A DNA stretch of 64,000 nt from Candidatus Marinacidobacterales bacterium (GCA_965226495.1 OZ245365.1:2688001-2752000); one strand, 5' to 3'. Shown: positions 1 through 10,606, counted from the first letter of the stretch. Program-made: numbers and translations. The notes: generated by a model from the sequence alone, not told the origin.

Positions 1-1721
1 GGGGACATGAGACTCATGTCGACTACGATGTCAGCCTGAATTCTTGCATCAAGCAGATCCGCTCCGTTCTCAACGACACATCGAACGCTTCCCGCTATAT
101 CGAGACTCTCCCGAAGCGAGGCTACCGGTTCATCGCGCCCGTCGAGTCGAGGTTTTCGGAAGCCGCCGTCGGAGGCGCAAGGCCGAGCGGCATCCACCGA
201 TTTCCAACGGCTGCGGGTTCGACCCATGACCTGCCCCGGATCCTCCTTTCCATCGTTCTGATCGGCATCGTTGCCGCGCTGGTCGGCCTCGGTTATCTCG
301 CGCTGGAAGGCTCGCGGTCCCTATGGGACACGACGGGGGCGAACGACAGTCGACTCATGCTGGCCGTCTTGCCCTTCGACAACCTGACGGGCGACCCGGA
401 CAAAGACTACCTAGCGGAAGGTGTCACCCAGGAGATGATCGCTCATCTGAGCATCCTTCGACCATCGCAGTTGGGCGTCATTGCAAGGACCTCGACGATG
501 CGTTACCGAGACACCGACAAAACCGTCGAGCAAATTGGCGGCGAGCTCCACGTCGGATTCGTCCTGAAGGGTAGCGTTCGCGTCGACGAAAGTCGTATTC
601 GTATCAACGGGCAACTCGTTCAGGTCAGCGACCAAAGGACGGTTTGGACCGGCAGCTACGAACGCCAACTCGAAAATACCCTCGCACTCCAACGGGATGT
701 CGCGCAGCGCATCACTCGGGCTCTCTCCGTTGAGCTCCTCTATCCTGGTCAAGTAGCACAAACGGCAACCGGGCTCACGACGAGCGACGCCTACGATGCG
801 TACCTGAAGGGCCGTTATCATTTGAATCGCGGTCACCCGAAAAGCGTCGAGAAAGGAGTGCAGTACTTTCAGGTCGCCATCGACGCGGACCCCTTCTTTG
901 CCTCGGCACAGCTTGGGTTGGCCGAAGCCTATCTCCAGCAAGCGCAAGGCCGCGATGCGCCTGCCGAGGACTTGTACGGGATGGCGAAGGATGCGGCGCG
1001 GAAAGCCGTCGAACTCCAACCGACTTTGGCCGAGGCCCATTTGGTCGACGCGCTGGCGACTTGGTACTTGGATTGGGACTGGGAGCGTGCCGGCGCCGCC
1101 TTCGAGCGGGCCTTAAAATTCAACCCCGGCCTCGCGAAGGCTCACCACTGGTACGCGTATTATTTATCGAGTCTAGGGCAACACGGCCGCGCCACCGCAG
1201 AAGTTCGGCTCGCTCGACAGTTGGATCCACTTTCGCCTCTGGTGAACTCGGACGTGGGTTGGTTTCATTACTTCGCTGGACAATATGAGCCAGCCATCGA
1301 AGAATGCCTTCGCACTCTCGAGCTCGAACCCGGATTCGTTCTCGCTCACACCTGTCTCATGGAAGCCTATGACCGCAACGGAATGCACGAGGAGGCGTTT
1401 GCGGAAGCACAAGAGACCCTTGCGGCCGCCGGCGCCACCGAGGACGAGCTTGCGGACATTCGAAGTCTGGATCCGATCGCACGACAAGAGAGGATCCTCC
1501 GGTGGTGGTTGATCCATGACGATGACCTCGGACCGTACAAACTCGCCCTGGTCCACCTGAGGCTGGGCGAGCAGGGGCAGGCCCTCGACTGGTTGGAGAA
1601 AAGTTTCACCGACAGAGACCTTTGGCTGCCGGTTCTCAGAGAGGATCCGAGGTTCGATTCCCTCCGGTCGGAGCCACGTTTCGAGGCCCTCTCTCACCGC
1701 TTGAACTACCCCAGTATTTAA
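1..1721 (+). CDS. Winged-helix (CadC/OmpR-type) DNA-binding protein with TolB-like and TPR domains; 5' end lies outside the window
   Basis: Frame +3 is open from position 3 and reads SLNSCIKQIRSVLND...YIETLPKRGYRFIAPV (wHTH end), a TM segment, MLAVLPFDNL (TolB-like/adenylate cyclase-associated) and TPR repeats; it is contiguous with ORF 357..1721. Confidence 0.85.
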   Translation, partial: GHETHVDYDVSLNSCIKQIRSVLNDTSNASRYIETLPKRGYRFIAPVESRFSEAAVGGARPSGIHRFPTAAGSTHDLPRILLSIVLIGIVAALVGLGYLALEGSRSLWDTTGANDSRLMLAVLPFDNLTGDPDKDYLAEGVTQEMIAHLSILRPSQLGVIARTSTMRYRDTDKTVEQIGGELHVGFVLKGSVRVDESRIRINGQLVQVSDQRTVWTGSYERQLENTLALQRDVAQRITRALSVELLYPGQVAQTATGLTTSDAYDAYLKGRYHLNRGHPKSVEKGVQYFQVAIDADPFFASAQLGLAEAYLQQAQGRDAPAEDLYGMAKDAARKAVELQPTLAEAHLVDALATWYLDWDWERAGAAFERALKFNPGLAKAHHWYAYYLSSLGQHGRATAEVRLARQLDPLSPLVNSDVGWFHYFAGQYEPAIEECLRTLELEPGFVLAHTCLMEAYDRNGMHEEAFAEAQETLAAAGATEDELADIRSLDPIARQERILRWWLIHDDDLGPYKLALVHLRLGEQGQALDWLEKSFTDRDLWLPVLREDPRFDSLRSEPRFEALSHRLNYPSI

Positions 1722-1808
1722 CCTAGTTTTGCGCGCGAACGCAGCCATGAGCCCATGCGTAGTCGCGCAGCGCCGAAGCACTGAGGCGTGGCGTGGCAGA
1801 TCGTGGTG

Positions 1809-1868
1809 GCCGTCAAAATACGTTGTGCCATCGAACAAGTTGGCCAGACGGCGGTGGGGCCCCGCGCC
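1809..1868. repeat. REP-like GGTGGGGCCCCGCGC element preceded by a 6-bp stem enclosing a 32-bp core
   Basis: gccgtc-[32 bp]-gacggc-ggtggggccccgcgcc; related palindromes occur at 57171-57190 and 57550-57577. Confidence 0.55.
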
Positions 1869-1988
1869 CTTCATCTACTGAGCGCGCATTGAGTCAGGTT
1901 GACCCAACGGAATCCGGCCTGTATCCTGTTTCTTAACATCCTCTTGAAAACTTAAGGACCGTCGGCACATGTGTCGAGGGAGGAAACT

Positions 1989-2588
1989 ATGGGGACGCTC
2001 CGTCTGACAATCCTGCTGAGTTGGGCCGTGCTCGCGAGCGGGTGCATGATCTCGGAGCAGGCTGGACAGATGCCCCAGGATCTGGCCTTTCACTTCGATA
2101 CCGATTTCAATCGAGCTCTCGTATTCGGCCGCCCGATAGCACTTGTTCTACTCGTCATGTGGGTCTTCGCCAACTTCAAGAAGCCGAACTCCATTTTGCT
2201 GAGCGCACCCCTATTGGTTCTAGCGGGATGGACTCTGGCGCAAGACTTTCCATCGCTCGTGGACTACCGAGTCGAAGTACGGGAGGATGCGCTCTATTTG
2301 AAGATCCCTCCCGAACCCGAAAAGGTGATCCCCTGGAACACTGTGGAGGAGATGGAGATAAAAGGTGCCGCATGGGCCGGCGCTGGAGCCAGACCGACGG
2401 TGACTCCAACACCTTTCGGGCCTCGGAACCCGGAGTATGCTTGGTCCGAGCTTCCGGAGTGGCACACGATGGAGATCATGGCCGACGGAGAAACGCATCT
2501 GGTTATTCTCGAGAAGCTCAGCATAGAGCAACGTCAAACGCTCTGGCGGTCGATCGCGAAGCGAGCTCGTTTGGTGAAAGTGGACTAG
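1989..2588 (+). CDS. Hypothetical membrane protein, probable lipoprotein
   Basis: GAGGA RBS, lipobox-like LASGC, two TM segments. Confidence 0.6.
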   Translation: MGTLRLTILLSWAVLASGCMISEQAGQMPQDLAFHFDTDFNRALVFGRPIALVLLVMWVFANFKKPNSILLSAPLLVLAGWTLAQDFPSLVDYRVEVREDALYLKIPPEPEKVIPWNTVEEMEIKGAAWAGAGARPTVTPTPFGPRNPEYAWSELPEWHTMEIMADGETHLVILEKLSIEQRQTLWRSIAKRARLVKVD

Positions 2589-2669
2589 CCTCCGATTCTT
2601 GACTTCCCACCGTCCCTCGGAGTACAAGCAAGAAGATTTCCGATTGCATCGCTCGCGAAGGAGGTTCGA

Positions 2670-3086
2670 ATGGCGTTACGAACGCTGTGCTACTTGGTGG
2701 CCAGTGCGGCTCTACTGTTCTCGCCTCTGAGCTCGTCAGCTTCGTCCGCCACTATCCAACAGGAGCCAGAAAAACCTGAAGAGCCCAAAGGGCCTGAAAA
2801 GCCCAAGGGGCCTGAAGAACCCAAGGGGCCCGATGAGCCGGAGGGATCCGAAGAACCGAAGGGCCCGGACGACCCACGAGGAGAATCCGCGACCGGCGAG
2901 GTTTGCTGTTTTACGAACCCCTACTTCGAAGGCGAATGCCGTGTCTCGCCGGGAGAGGACGAGAGCTGCCAAAGTATTCTCCTGTATCTCAACAGCGCGA
3001 ACACAGAAGGCAAGACCTACTGCGGAACGAGCCTGACTCGCGGAGGCTGGCACAGCGTCTTCTGCAAAGAAGAAGAGCCGGACTAA
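2670..3086 (+). CDS. Secreted protein with PEEPKG-type repeats and a small six-Cys C-terminal domain
   Basis: GGAGG RBS, signal peptide, about six 6-aa repeats, CC-x8-C...C...C...C. Confidence 0.65.
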   Translation: MALRTLCYLVASAALLFSPLSSSASSATIQQEPEKPEEPKGPEKPKGPEEPKGPDEPEGSEEPKGPDDPRGESATGEVCCFTNPYFEGECRVSPGEDESCQSILLYLNSANTEGKTYCGTSLTRGGWHSVFCKEEEPD

Positions 3087-3088
3087 CG

Positions 3089-5611
3089 TTAATGGGCCCC
3101 GATGGGGCTTCCCGGCGGCAGCTCGTGTGGTGCCGTCGGCCCGTCCGTACCCTGCGGGCGATTTTGCCAACGCCGAATGTCCTCGGCCACTAGTTTCTGG
3201 TGAGGGCTCGGCGTCCCCACCGACTCGAGCCAGTCAGAAAGACCTACAAGCTGCTCGGTCAGAATCGCTCGTGCTTGAGAGATGTTCAGACTGTTCGACG
3301 CCTGCCGAAGAAGCTCATCGAGGACCGCGCGCTGCATCGTTTGCTGCACTTCCGCCAAGTAGGCGCTTGCGCCGGTCGGCGCCTTCCATGTTCGCTCCAA
3401 GAGGGACTCTGTCACATCCTCCAGCCCGGGGTACTCGCTACTGCGACTGTGATACTCGACGAGGCGGGCCATGCGCTCGGGGTTGAGAAGTAGCTTCACG
3501 GTGAAGTCGGACGCCGACGCGGCAGCTGCGAGCGGGTCGAACGTGAGTCCCGTCCAGCGTTCGAATTTCTCGCTCTCCGGCTCTCGGAAAGCGCGCGGCG
3601 GAATCATTCTTAATACCCGCTCGGGAACGGCCAAGAACTCCGGATCCAAAGTCGAAAGAACGACGTCGAGAGCATCGCGTTGAGTCTGTCCGGGCACAAT
3701 CGTGATGGTCATCTGCCCGTCTCCCCGCAGAGCGTAGTTGTAATCGGCTCCACCGATGCTGTGCATCGCAGCCTCCAACTGATACCGGTGATGGAGATAG
3801 AGCGGGGCGAGTACTTTCTCCAAAGACGCCATCGGATCGCCGGGGCGGATCGCATCCGGCCCGAACGCCTCGAGACCGAGCCCTCGAACCCGGATTTCGT
3901 GTCGAAGCATTGCGACCGGGTCGGCACCGTTGTCCCACAGGGCGGCGAGAGGATGGGCTGCACCCGGGGGTATGGCATCTCGGCTGCTAATGAATCGGAT
4001 CTTCCGATCCAAACCGTCCTTTACGATCGCATCGAGTGCCGCCTTCTCGTCGGTACCCGGAGCGAAGTCGCTATAAAGCCACTTGATGGCGAACTTGTCG
4101 TATTCTCCGACACCAACTCCATAGGCGTTCGAAAGATCCAGCCTTCCATCCGGCGTGATTTCCACGAGCGGCGCCGGGTAATCCATCACACTGGCACGAC
4201 CCGCATAAGTGCTCGCGATGTAGTTGTGCGCCAGTCCCAATGTGTGTCCTACCTCGTGCGCCGATAGCTGCCGAACTCGAGCCAGGGCCATCTCCACCGG
4301 GTCGTTCTGCGAACCGACTTGCGCGAGATATTCGAAGGTAGGGCCGCCTCCAACACCACAACCGCCGAACCCGGACCCGCTGGTGGGATGCAAACCCTTT
4401 CCGAGCAGGTAGTCCTGTCGCAAGCGGAGACTCCCCAAGTTCACGTTTCCCTTCAGCATCTCTCCGGTCCGCGGATCGGTCACGGAACCGCCGTACGACC
4501 ATCCACGAGTGGATCGATGCGTCCAGTGGATCATGTGGTAGCGCAGATCCATCGGATCGGCGTTCTCTGGAAGTAGCTCCACACGAAACGCATTAACGAA
4601 GCCCGCTTCCTCGAAAGCGGCGCTCCACCAATTCGCCCCATCCAGGAGCGCGCTTCGAATCGGCTCTGGCGCTCCGCGATCAAGGTAATAGACCAAAGGC
4701 TCGACCGCCTCTGATCGTGCCGCGCGGGGATCTTTCTTCTCCAACCGATGCCGAGCCACCCACAAAACGTCGAGATCCTCGTCGATGGGTGTTGCGTAGT
4801 CTTTGAAGGAAATCCCGAATGCCCCCACCCGTGGGTCCGCCGGGCGCGGCTCATAACCTTCGTCCGGTAAACGAACAAGCGAATAGCGAACTCGCAACGT
4901 CACCGCATCCCCGCTCGCCGCGGTCGACTGAACGAGCTCTCCGGGACTGGGACTGGTGAACGTCAGCAGCGTCTCGACCTCAGTGTTCAGTCGAAACGCC
5001 TTGGTTCGAGGCAAGTGAATGACGCTGCGGCTACGATCGAGCTCGAAGTTCCCCTGTCCGGCGTTTTCCAACGTCTTGGCGATGCCGTGCGCATCACGCA
5101 GAAAAAAATCTGTCCCGTCGACCAAGACCCGAGTCCCCGATTCCGCCTCCACTTTGAAGCCCCAATGCGTCGAGGGAGCGAAAGCGTCCCGCACCGCTCT
5201 CACCTCGTCCGGATTATCGCTCCGCGCTCGGTAGCGGTAGTTGGGCTCGACCAGTAGGACCGTCGGGCCGACTCGCCGTGCCTCCAGGATCTGAGTCCGC
5301 CCGAACTGCCCGCGGTCCAGGCCAACCGGATTGCTACCCAACCCGCTGGCCAAAGACACCTGATAGAGAAACTCGGTGTCCCATTGATCGACCTCCCAGA
5401 ATAGCTTTCCGGTGGAACCGTCCCAGTAGAGATCGAAGAACCCCTCTAGGTGAGTCATGTCACGCGTCTTGTCCTCTATGGACGGGATGGACGGAGGCCG
5501 ACTCTCATCCGACGATGTTGCTTGCCCGAATGCTCCTCCCGCGCCAACCGCAAGCAGCGAGCCAAGCATCAACACACACATCACCCCGCACCTCACCCAA
5601 CCGTTCCGCAT
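3089..5611 (-). CDS. Zinc-dependent metalloprotease (DUF5117/DUF4953 met-zincin type)
   Basis: HEVGHTLGLAHN motif followed by SVMDY Met-turn; signal peptide. Confidence 0.9.
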   Translation of the reverse strand: MRNGWVRCGVMCVLMLGSLLAVGAGGAFGQATSSDESRPPSIPSIEDKTRDMTHLEGFFDLYWDGSTGKLFWEVDQWDTEFLYQVSLASGLGSNPVGLDRGQFGRTQILEARRVGPTVLLVEPNYRYRARSDNPDEVRAVRDAFAPSTHWGFKVEAESGTRVLVDGTDFFLRDAHGIAKTLENAGQGNFELDRSRSVIHLPRTKAFRLNTEVETLLTFTSPSPGELVQSTAASGDAVTLRVRYSLVRLPDEGYEPRPADPRVGAFGISFKDYATPIDEDLDVLWVARHRLEKKDPRAARSEAVEPLVYYLDRGAPEPIRSALLDGANWWSAAFEEAGFVNAFRVELLPENADPMDLRYHMIHWTHRSTRGWSYGGSVTDPRTGEMLKGNVNLGSLRLRQDYLLGKGLHPTSGSGFGGCGVGGGPTFEYLAQVGSQNDPVEMALARVRQLSAHEVGHTLGLAHNYIASTYAGRASVMDYPAPLVEITPDGRLDLSNAYGVGVGEYDKFAIKWLYSDFAPGTDEKAALDAIVKDGLDRKIRFISSRDAIPPGAAHPLAALWDNGADPVAMLRHEIRVRGLGLEAFGPDAIRPGDPMASLEKVLAPLYLHHRYQLEAAMHSIGGADYNYALRGDGQMTITIVPGQTQRDALDVVLSTLDPEFLAVPERVLRMIPPRAFREPESEKFERWTGLTFDPLAAAASASDFTVKLLLNPERMARLVEYHSRSSEYPGLEDVTESLLERTWKAPTGASAYLAEVQQTMQRAVLDELLRQASNSLNISQARAILTEQLVGLSDWLESVGTPSPHQKLVAEDIRRWQNRPQGTDGPTAPHELPPGSPIGAH

Positions 5612-5653
5612 CGGCCGAACTCCGTTTTCTTTGGTCGCTAGTATCTTGTATAG

Positions 5654-6589
5654 TTATTGACTCTTCTTCAGGAAACTCAAGATCTCCGAATCGGTGGTCA
5701 AGATGAGCGTCACGTCATTATCGAAGCTGCTACGGTAGGTTTCCAACGTCTTCATAAACTGATAGAAGTCTGGATCCTTGCCATAAGCACGAGCGTAGAT
5801 GCTGGTTGCCTCGGCGTCCGCCAGACCCCGAATCTCCTCGGCTTGCTTAAAGGCCTCGGATTCGATCTCCTTGAGCTCTTTTTCCTTCTGCCCACGGATC
5901 TCCGCCGAACGGCCCTGGCCTTCCGAGCGGCTGCGCTCCGCGATCCGCTGACGCTCGGTGATCATTCGCTCGTAGACCTTCGCCCGCACCTCGTCGACGT
6001 AATTGATGTGTTTGATCTTCACGTCCACCAGCTCGATACCCCACTCTGGCGTAACCAGTGAAGACTTCTCGAGGATCCTCCGCGCGATCCCCGTTCGGCC
6101 GGTGATGATCTCAACGGCTGGCCGGTCGCTGGCAAACTCCTGCAGCTCCTCGGTAACGTCGAAGTCGCGTGCCGTGGACCGCACGATCTCGATGAGATCG
6201 AAGGCCGCCACCGCGTTCCGGGTCTCCCCATCGATGATATCGTCGAGTCGACTTTGCGCGCCCCGCTCGTCGCGAACCCTTTTGAAAAACGCCAACGGGT
6301 CTGCGATGCGCCAACGGGCGTAGGTGTCGACCCAGATGAACTTCTTATCCTTGGTTGTAATCTGATTGGCATCGCCGTCCCATGCCAACCATCGCTTGTC
6401 GAAGCGGTGAACGTCCCAAATGAACGGGATCTTCACCTTGAGGCCGGGCTTAGTGATGGGATCGCCGACGGGGTCCCCGAACTGCGTGATGATGACCTGC
6501 TCCGTCTCGTCCACGGTATAGAAAGTGGCGGGCAACACGAAGAGGAGAAGCGCTCCAATAACTAGGAGAACAATCAGATTCCGATTCAT
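5654..6589 (-). CDS. hflC: FtsH protease modulator HflC
   Basis: SPFH domain, VYERMITER, DPDFYQFMKTLETY; overlaps hflK by 4 bp. Confidence 0.92.
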   Translation of the reverse strand: MNRNLIVLLVIGALLLFVLPATFYTVDETEQVIITQFGDPVGDPITKPGLKVKIPFIWDVHRFDKRWLAWDGDANQITTKDKKFIWVDTYARWRIADPLAFFKRVRDERGAQSRLDDIIDGETRNAVAAFDLIEIVRSTARDFDVTEELQEFASDRPAVEIITGRTGIARRILEKSSLVTPEWGIELVDVKIKHINYVDEVRAKVYERMITERQRIAERSRSEGQGRSAEIRGQKEKELKEIESEAFKQAEEIRGLADAEATSIYARAYGKDPDFYQFMKTLETYRSSFDNDVTLILTTDSEILSFLKKSQ

Positions 6590-7602
6590 TTCTGCACCTC
6601 CTGGGCTAGGTTCAGCAAGGGTAGGAGCCCTCTTTGCTTTTCATCCAAGATTACCTTCTTACCCATACGGGGCAAGATTTCGTTCATAGTCTCGAGGTAC
6701 ATGCGGTTCCGGGTCACGCGAGGTGCCTTGCGATACTCCGCGTAGATCGCCTCGAATCGGGTCGCTTCTCCCTGCGAGCGATTCACACGCTCGGCGGCGT
6801 AGCCCGCGGCTTCCTGGATCATCTGTTGGGCGACTCCCTTGGCCTTCGGGATCTCCTGGTTGTACTCCGCCCAAGCGCGGTTGATGAGCTGTTCCTTCTC
6901 TTGGATCGCCTCGTTGACTTCATTGAAGGATGGCTTGACGGGATCGGGAGGATTCACGTCTTGAAGAACGAGCTGCTGCACCGAAATGCCGATGCCATAG
7001 GTGTCACTTAGCTCCTGAAGTAGATCCTTCGCTGCGAGCGCAATGGCTTCGCGGCCGATGGTCAGGACCTCGTCCACGCTGTGATCTCCAACCACCTGTC
7101 GCATGGTGGCCTCCGACATATCCCGGAAGGTGGTGTCGACGTCCCTCACGTTGAACAAGAAATCATAGGGGTTATCGATCTGGAACTGTACGATCCACTC
7201 CACGACCCCCACGTTGAAATCGCCGGTCAACATGAGCGACTCCTGCAGAAGCTCGCCCCCATCCCGGTACTGCGTTCGGACGCCAGCTTGAACGGTCCTG
7301 AAGCCAAACTCCTGTTTCAGCTGGCGCTGCACCGGCACCTTGTCCAGCTTCTCGACGAACGGCCATTTGAGGTGTAGGCCGGGCTCGGTAGTTCGCGAAT
7401 AGGCGCCGAATCGCCGGACAACCCCTACCTCGTCGGGGTCGATCTGGTAGAAGCTTCCGAACGATAGAACTAGGCCCCCCACCAGGAGCAAGATCCCTCG
7501 GATCGCCCTGGGCGAGATATTGGGCAGATTGAATTGCGGCATCTGGGGCACGCGCGACGAATCAAAATCGAACGGTCCCTTGCCGCCCTGATTATCAGGC
7601 AT
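6586..7602 (-). CDS. hflK: FtsH protease modulator HflK
   Basis: MLTGDFN, LQDVNPPDPVKPSF, VTRNRMYLETM. Confidence 0.92.
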   Translation of the reverse strand: MPDNQGGKGPFDFDSSRVPQMPQFNLPNISPRAIRGILLLVGGLVLSFGSFYQIDPDEVGVVRRFGAYSRTTEPGLHLKWPFVEKLDKVPVQRQLKQEFGFRTVQAGVRTQYRDGGELLQESLMLTGDFNVGVVEWIVQFQIDNPYDFLFNVRDVDTTFRDMSEATMRQVVGDHSVDEVLTIGREAIALAAKDLLQELSDTYGIGISVQQLVLQDVNPPDPVKPSFNEVNEAIQEKEQLINRAWAEYNQEIPKAKGVAQQMIQEAAGYAAERVNRSQGEATRFEAIYAEYRKAPRVTRNRMYLETMNEILPRMGKKVILDEKQRGLLPLLNLAQEVQK

Positions 7603-7744
7603 ATTGTCCTCCTAGCCTTCTTGGGAATGTGAAAGGTCAACCAATGGGTAACACTGCCCATGCACGATACCTTCGCGCCTATCCGGGTTGCAAACAGAGG
7701 CTTTTTCCCTTGCGCTGGTTCATCCCTTGTTGCAACATCTCTCT

Positions 7745-10606
7745 ATGGAGTTGCCAACTCGCTTCGATTTCCGGGCCGTAGAGCCTCGCATTTACAAGCT
7801 CTGGCTCGACCGCAATTGTTTCGATAGCGCCTACGATCCGTCAGGCCAGCCGCGCGAAAAAGCGCCAACGGACAAGCCGAAGTTCGTCATGGTCATTCCA
7901 CCGCCTAACGTGACCGGCCGGCTCCATATGGGGCATGCTCTCAACAACACCCTTCAAGACACCTTGATCCGCTACAAACGCATGGACGGCTTTGACGCTT
8001 TATGGGTCCCTGGTACCGACCATGCCGGAATCTCTACCCAAACCGTGGTGCGCAAGCAGCTCGATGCCCAAGGAATAGATTATCGTGAATTGGGTCGTGA
8101 GAAATTCATCGAGAAGGTCTGGGAGTGGAAGGCAAAATACGGAGATTTCATCATCGAGCAGCTCCAGAAGATGGGCTGCTCTTGTGACTGGCGACGCACG
8201 CGCTTCACGATGGACGAGGGGCTCTCCCGAGCGGTGCGCGTGACCTTCAAAACCCTCTTCGACCGAGGCCTCATCTATCGAGGCAAGCGCATTGTGAATT
8301 GGTGCCCGGTGGATCAGACGGCGCTTTCCGATGACGAGGTCTCTGTTTCGGACGAGGGCGAGCCCGGGCATCTTTGGCACATCCGTTATCCACTGGTGGA
8401 ACCAACCAACGGCATGAGTCACCTGGTTATTGCCACGACTCGTCCCGAAACGCTCTTCGGAGACGTCGCGGTCGCGGTGAACCCGAAGGACGAGCGTTAC
8501 AAGAAAGTCGTCGGCAAAGAGGTACGCCTGCCTCTCCAAGGCCGGGTTATTCCCGTGATCGCCGACGAGTACGTCGACATGGAGTTCGGAACGGGGGCCC
8601 TCAAGATCACTCCGGCGCACGATACCAACGACTTCGAGGTCGGGGCCAGGCACGGACTCGAGCCCATCAACGTCATGAACGAGGATGCCACACTCAACGA
8701 GGCGGTCCCGTCCGAGTTTCAGGGTATGGATCGCTTCTTGGCCCGTAAGAAAGCGGTCGCCGCGCTAGAAGAGCAAGAGCTTATCGAAAAGGTCGAAGAT
8801 CGCTTGGTCCCTCTCGGCCGCGCCCAACGCTCGGGCGCTCCCATCGAGTATCGACTCTCGGATCAATGGTTCGTTCGGATGAAACCTCTGGCCGAGAAAG
8901 CTCTCGCTGCAAGCGGTTACCGGAAGAAGGGCGACGAGTGGGTGAAGGCAGAGCCCGGGGAGCTACTTTTCCACCCCGAGCGTTGGGAGAACGTGTACCT
9001 GCAATGGCTCACCCGCATCCATGATTGGACCATCAGTCGACAAATCTGGTGGGGACATCGCATTCCTGCCTGGTACAACCGCAAGACCGACGAAATTCGC
9101 GTTGAGGTCGAAGAGCCCAAAGAAGTCGCGGAGGCCCCCAACGATTGGTATCAGGATCCGGACGTGCTCGATACCTGGTTCAGCTCCTGGCTGTGGCCCA
9201 TGAGCACACTAGGATGGCCCGAAGCGACCGCCGATTTCGCGCGGTACTTTCCCACCGCCGTTCTATCCACCGCAAAGGACATCATCTTTTTCTGGGTGGC
9301 GCGCATGAACTTCGCTGGGCTCGAGCTTGCCGGTAAGCTGCCCTATCGCCATGTGAACATCCATCCCACGGTCCTCGATGACCAGGGTGCGGTAATGAGC
9401 AAGAGCAAGGGCAATGGGATCGACCCCCTTGCCGTGATCGAAGGGGCAACATCCGAGGACCTCAAGGCCCCCATCTTCGAGGCGCGCCCACCGAATATCG
9501 ACAAGCTGGTGGCGAGGGTCGAGAAGAACTTTCCCAACGGTTTCGAAGGCGTTGGGGCGGATGCCCTGCGTTATACGTTCATTTACTCTTGTTCAGACGG
9601 ACAAGAGACTCGTCTTTCGCTCGAGAAGTTCAACGAGCAGGGCCGCCGTTTTGTCACCAAGCTTTGGAACGCCAGCCGCTTCGTCCTAATGTCCCTCGAC
9701 AGTGTGCCGGCGTCGGCGGGCGAGGCCCTGACCGCAGAACCTACTGAAGAGGACCAATGGATCTTCTCCCGTCGTGCCTCGACGGTGCGAGCGGTTCGCG
9801 ACGCTTTGGACAATTTCGAGTTCGGCTCCTTGGGTCAACAGCTCTATCGATTCGTCTGGAACGACTATTGCGATTGGTTTCTGGAGCTCTCCAAGGGCCG
9901 CCTCCAAGGCGAGGACCCGGCGGCGGCCCGAAGAGCGGCCCACGTTTTGGGTCAAACGCTCGCTGACATCCTGAGGCTCCTCCATCCCATCACCCCGTTC
10001 ATCACCGAAGAGCTGTGGTCGAAGTTGCTGTCTGCGATGGACGAAAAGGAATTGTGGTTGGGTGAGCGACCGGCCTCCGAGCTTCTCATTCAAGAGCCGT
10101 TTCCGAAGGGAGGCGCTGCACCGGAAGTAGATCTGGAGGGACGATTCGAGACCCTGCAGCGTCTCGTCACGCGGGTTCGAAACGTTCGGGCCAACGCTCG
10201 TTTGGGCGACGGCGTTCGCTTGGCCATCCAGGTGAAACCGCTGAACGAGGACTTTCGACGAATCGTCGAGGCCACCTCAGGGGCAGTGAAGCGCCTCGCC
10301 AACCTCGAATCGATAGAGCTCGTCGAGGAGAGGCCTCCCGGGGCGGTCACCAATGTGGATCCGGCATTCGAAATGTACGTCGACTTGGGAAAACACGTCG
10401 ATGCAACGAAAGAAGTCGCGCGCATCGACAAGGAGATGGCGACCGTCCAGAAGAAGCTCGATCAAGTCTCACGGAAGCTAGAGAATCCCAAGTTCCTCGC
10501 CGGCGCCCCCTCGAATGTCGTTGAGGGAGAGAAGACCAAGGCTCAAGAGTTGAAGGAGATGTTGGTCAAGCTCGAGAAGCTCCGCGACGAGTATGTTTCG
10601 GAGTGA
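7745..10606 (+). CDS. valS: Valine--tRNA ligase
   Basis: PPPNVTGRLHMGHAL, DWTISRQIWWGHRIP, DVLDTWFSS, VMSKS, C-terminal coiled coil. Confidence 0.97.
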   Translation: MELPTRFDFRAVEPRIYKLWLDRNCFDSAYDPSGQPREKAPTDKPKFVMVIPPPNVTGRLHMGHALNNTLQDTLIRYKRMDGFDALWVPGTDHAGISTQTVVRKQLDAQGIDYRELGREKFIEKVWEWKAKYGDFIIEQLQKMGCSCDWRRTRFTMDEGLSRAVRVTFKTLFDRGLIYRGKRIVNWCPVDQTALSDDEVSVSDEGEPGHLWHIRYPLVEPTNGMSHLVIATTRPETLFGDVAVAVNPKDERYKKVVGKEVRLPLQGRVIPVIADEYVDMEFGTGALKITPAHDTNDFEVGARHGLEPINVMNEDATLNEAVPSEFQGMDRFLARKKAVAALEEQELIEKVEDRLVPLGRAQRSGAPIEYRLSDQWFVRMKPLAEKALAASGYRKKGDEWVKAEPGELLFHPERWENVYLQWLTRIHDWTISRQIWWGHRIPAWYNRKTDEIRVEVEEPKEVAEAPNDWYQDPDVLDTWFSSWLWPMSTLGWPEATADFARYFPTAVLSTAKDIIFFWVARMNFAGLELAGKLPYRHVNIHPTVLDDQGAVMSKSKGNGIDPLAVIEGATSEDLKAPIFEARPPNIDKLVARVEKNFPNGFEGVGADALRYTFIYSCSDGQETRLSLEKFNEQGRRFVTKLWNASRFVLMSLDSVPASAGEALTAEPTEEDQWIFSRRASTVRAVRDALDNFEFGSLGQQLYRFVWNDYCDWFLELSKGRLQGEDPAAARRAAHVLGQTLADILRLLHPITPFITEELWSKLLSAMDEKELWLGERPASELLIQEPFPKGGAAPEVDLEGRFETLQRLVTRVRNVRANARLGDGVRLAIQVKPLNEDFRRIVEATSGAVKRLANLESIELVEERPPGAVTNVDPAFEMYVDLGKHVDATKEVARIDKEMATVQKKLDQVSRKLENPKFLAGAPSNVVEGEKTKAQELKEMLVKLEKLRDEYVSE

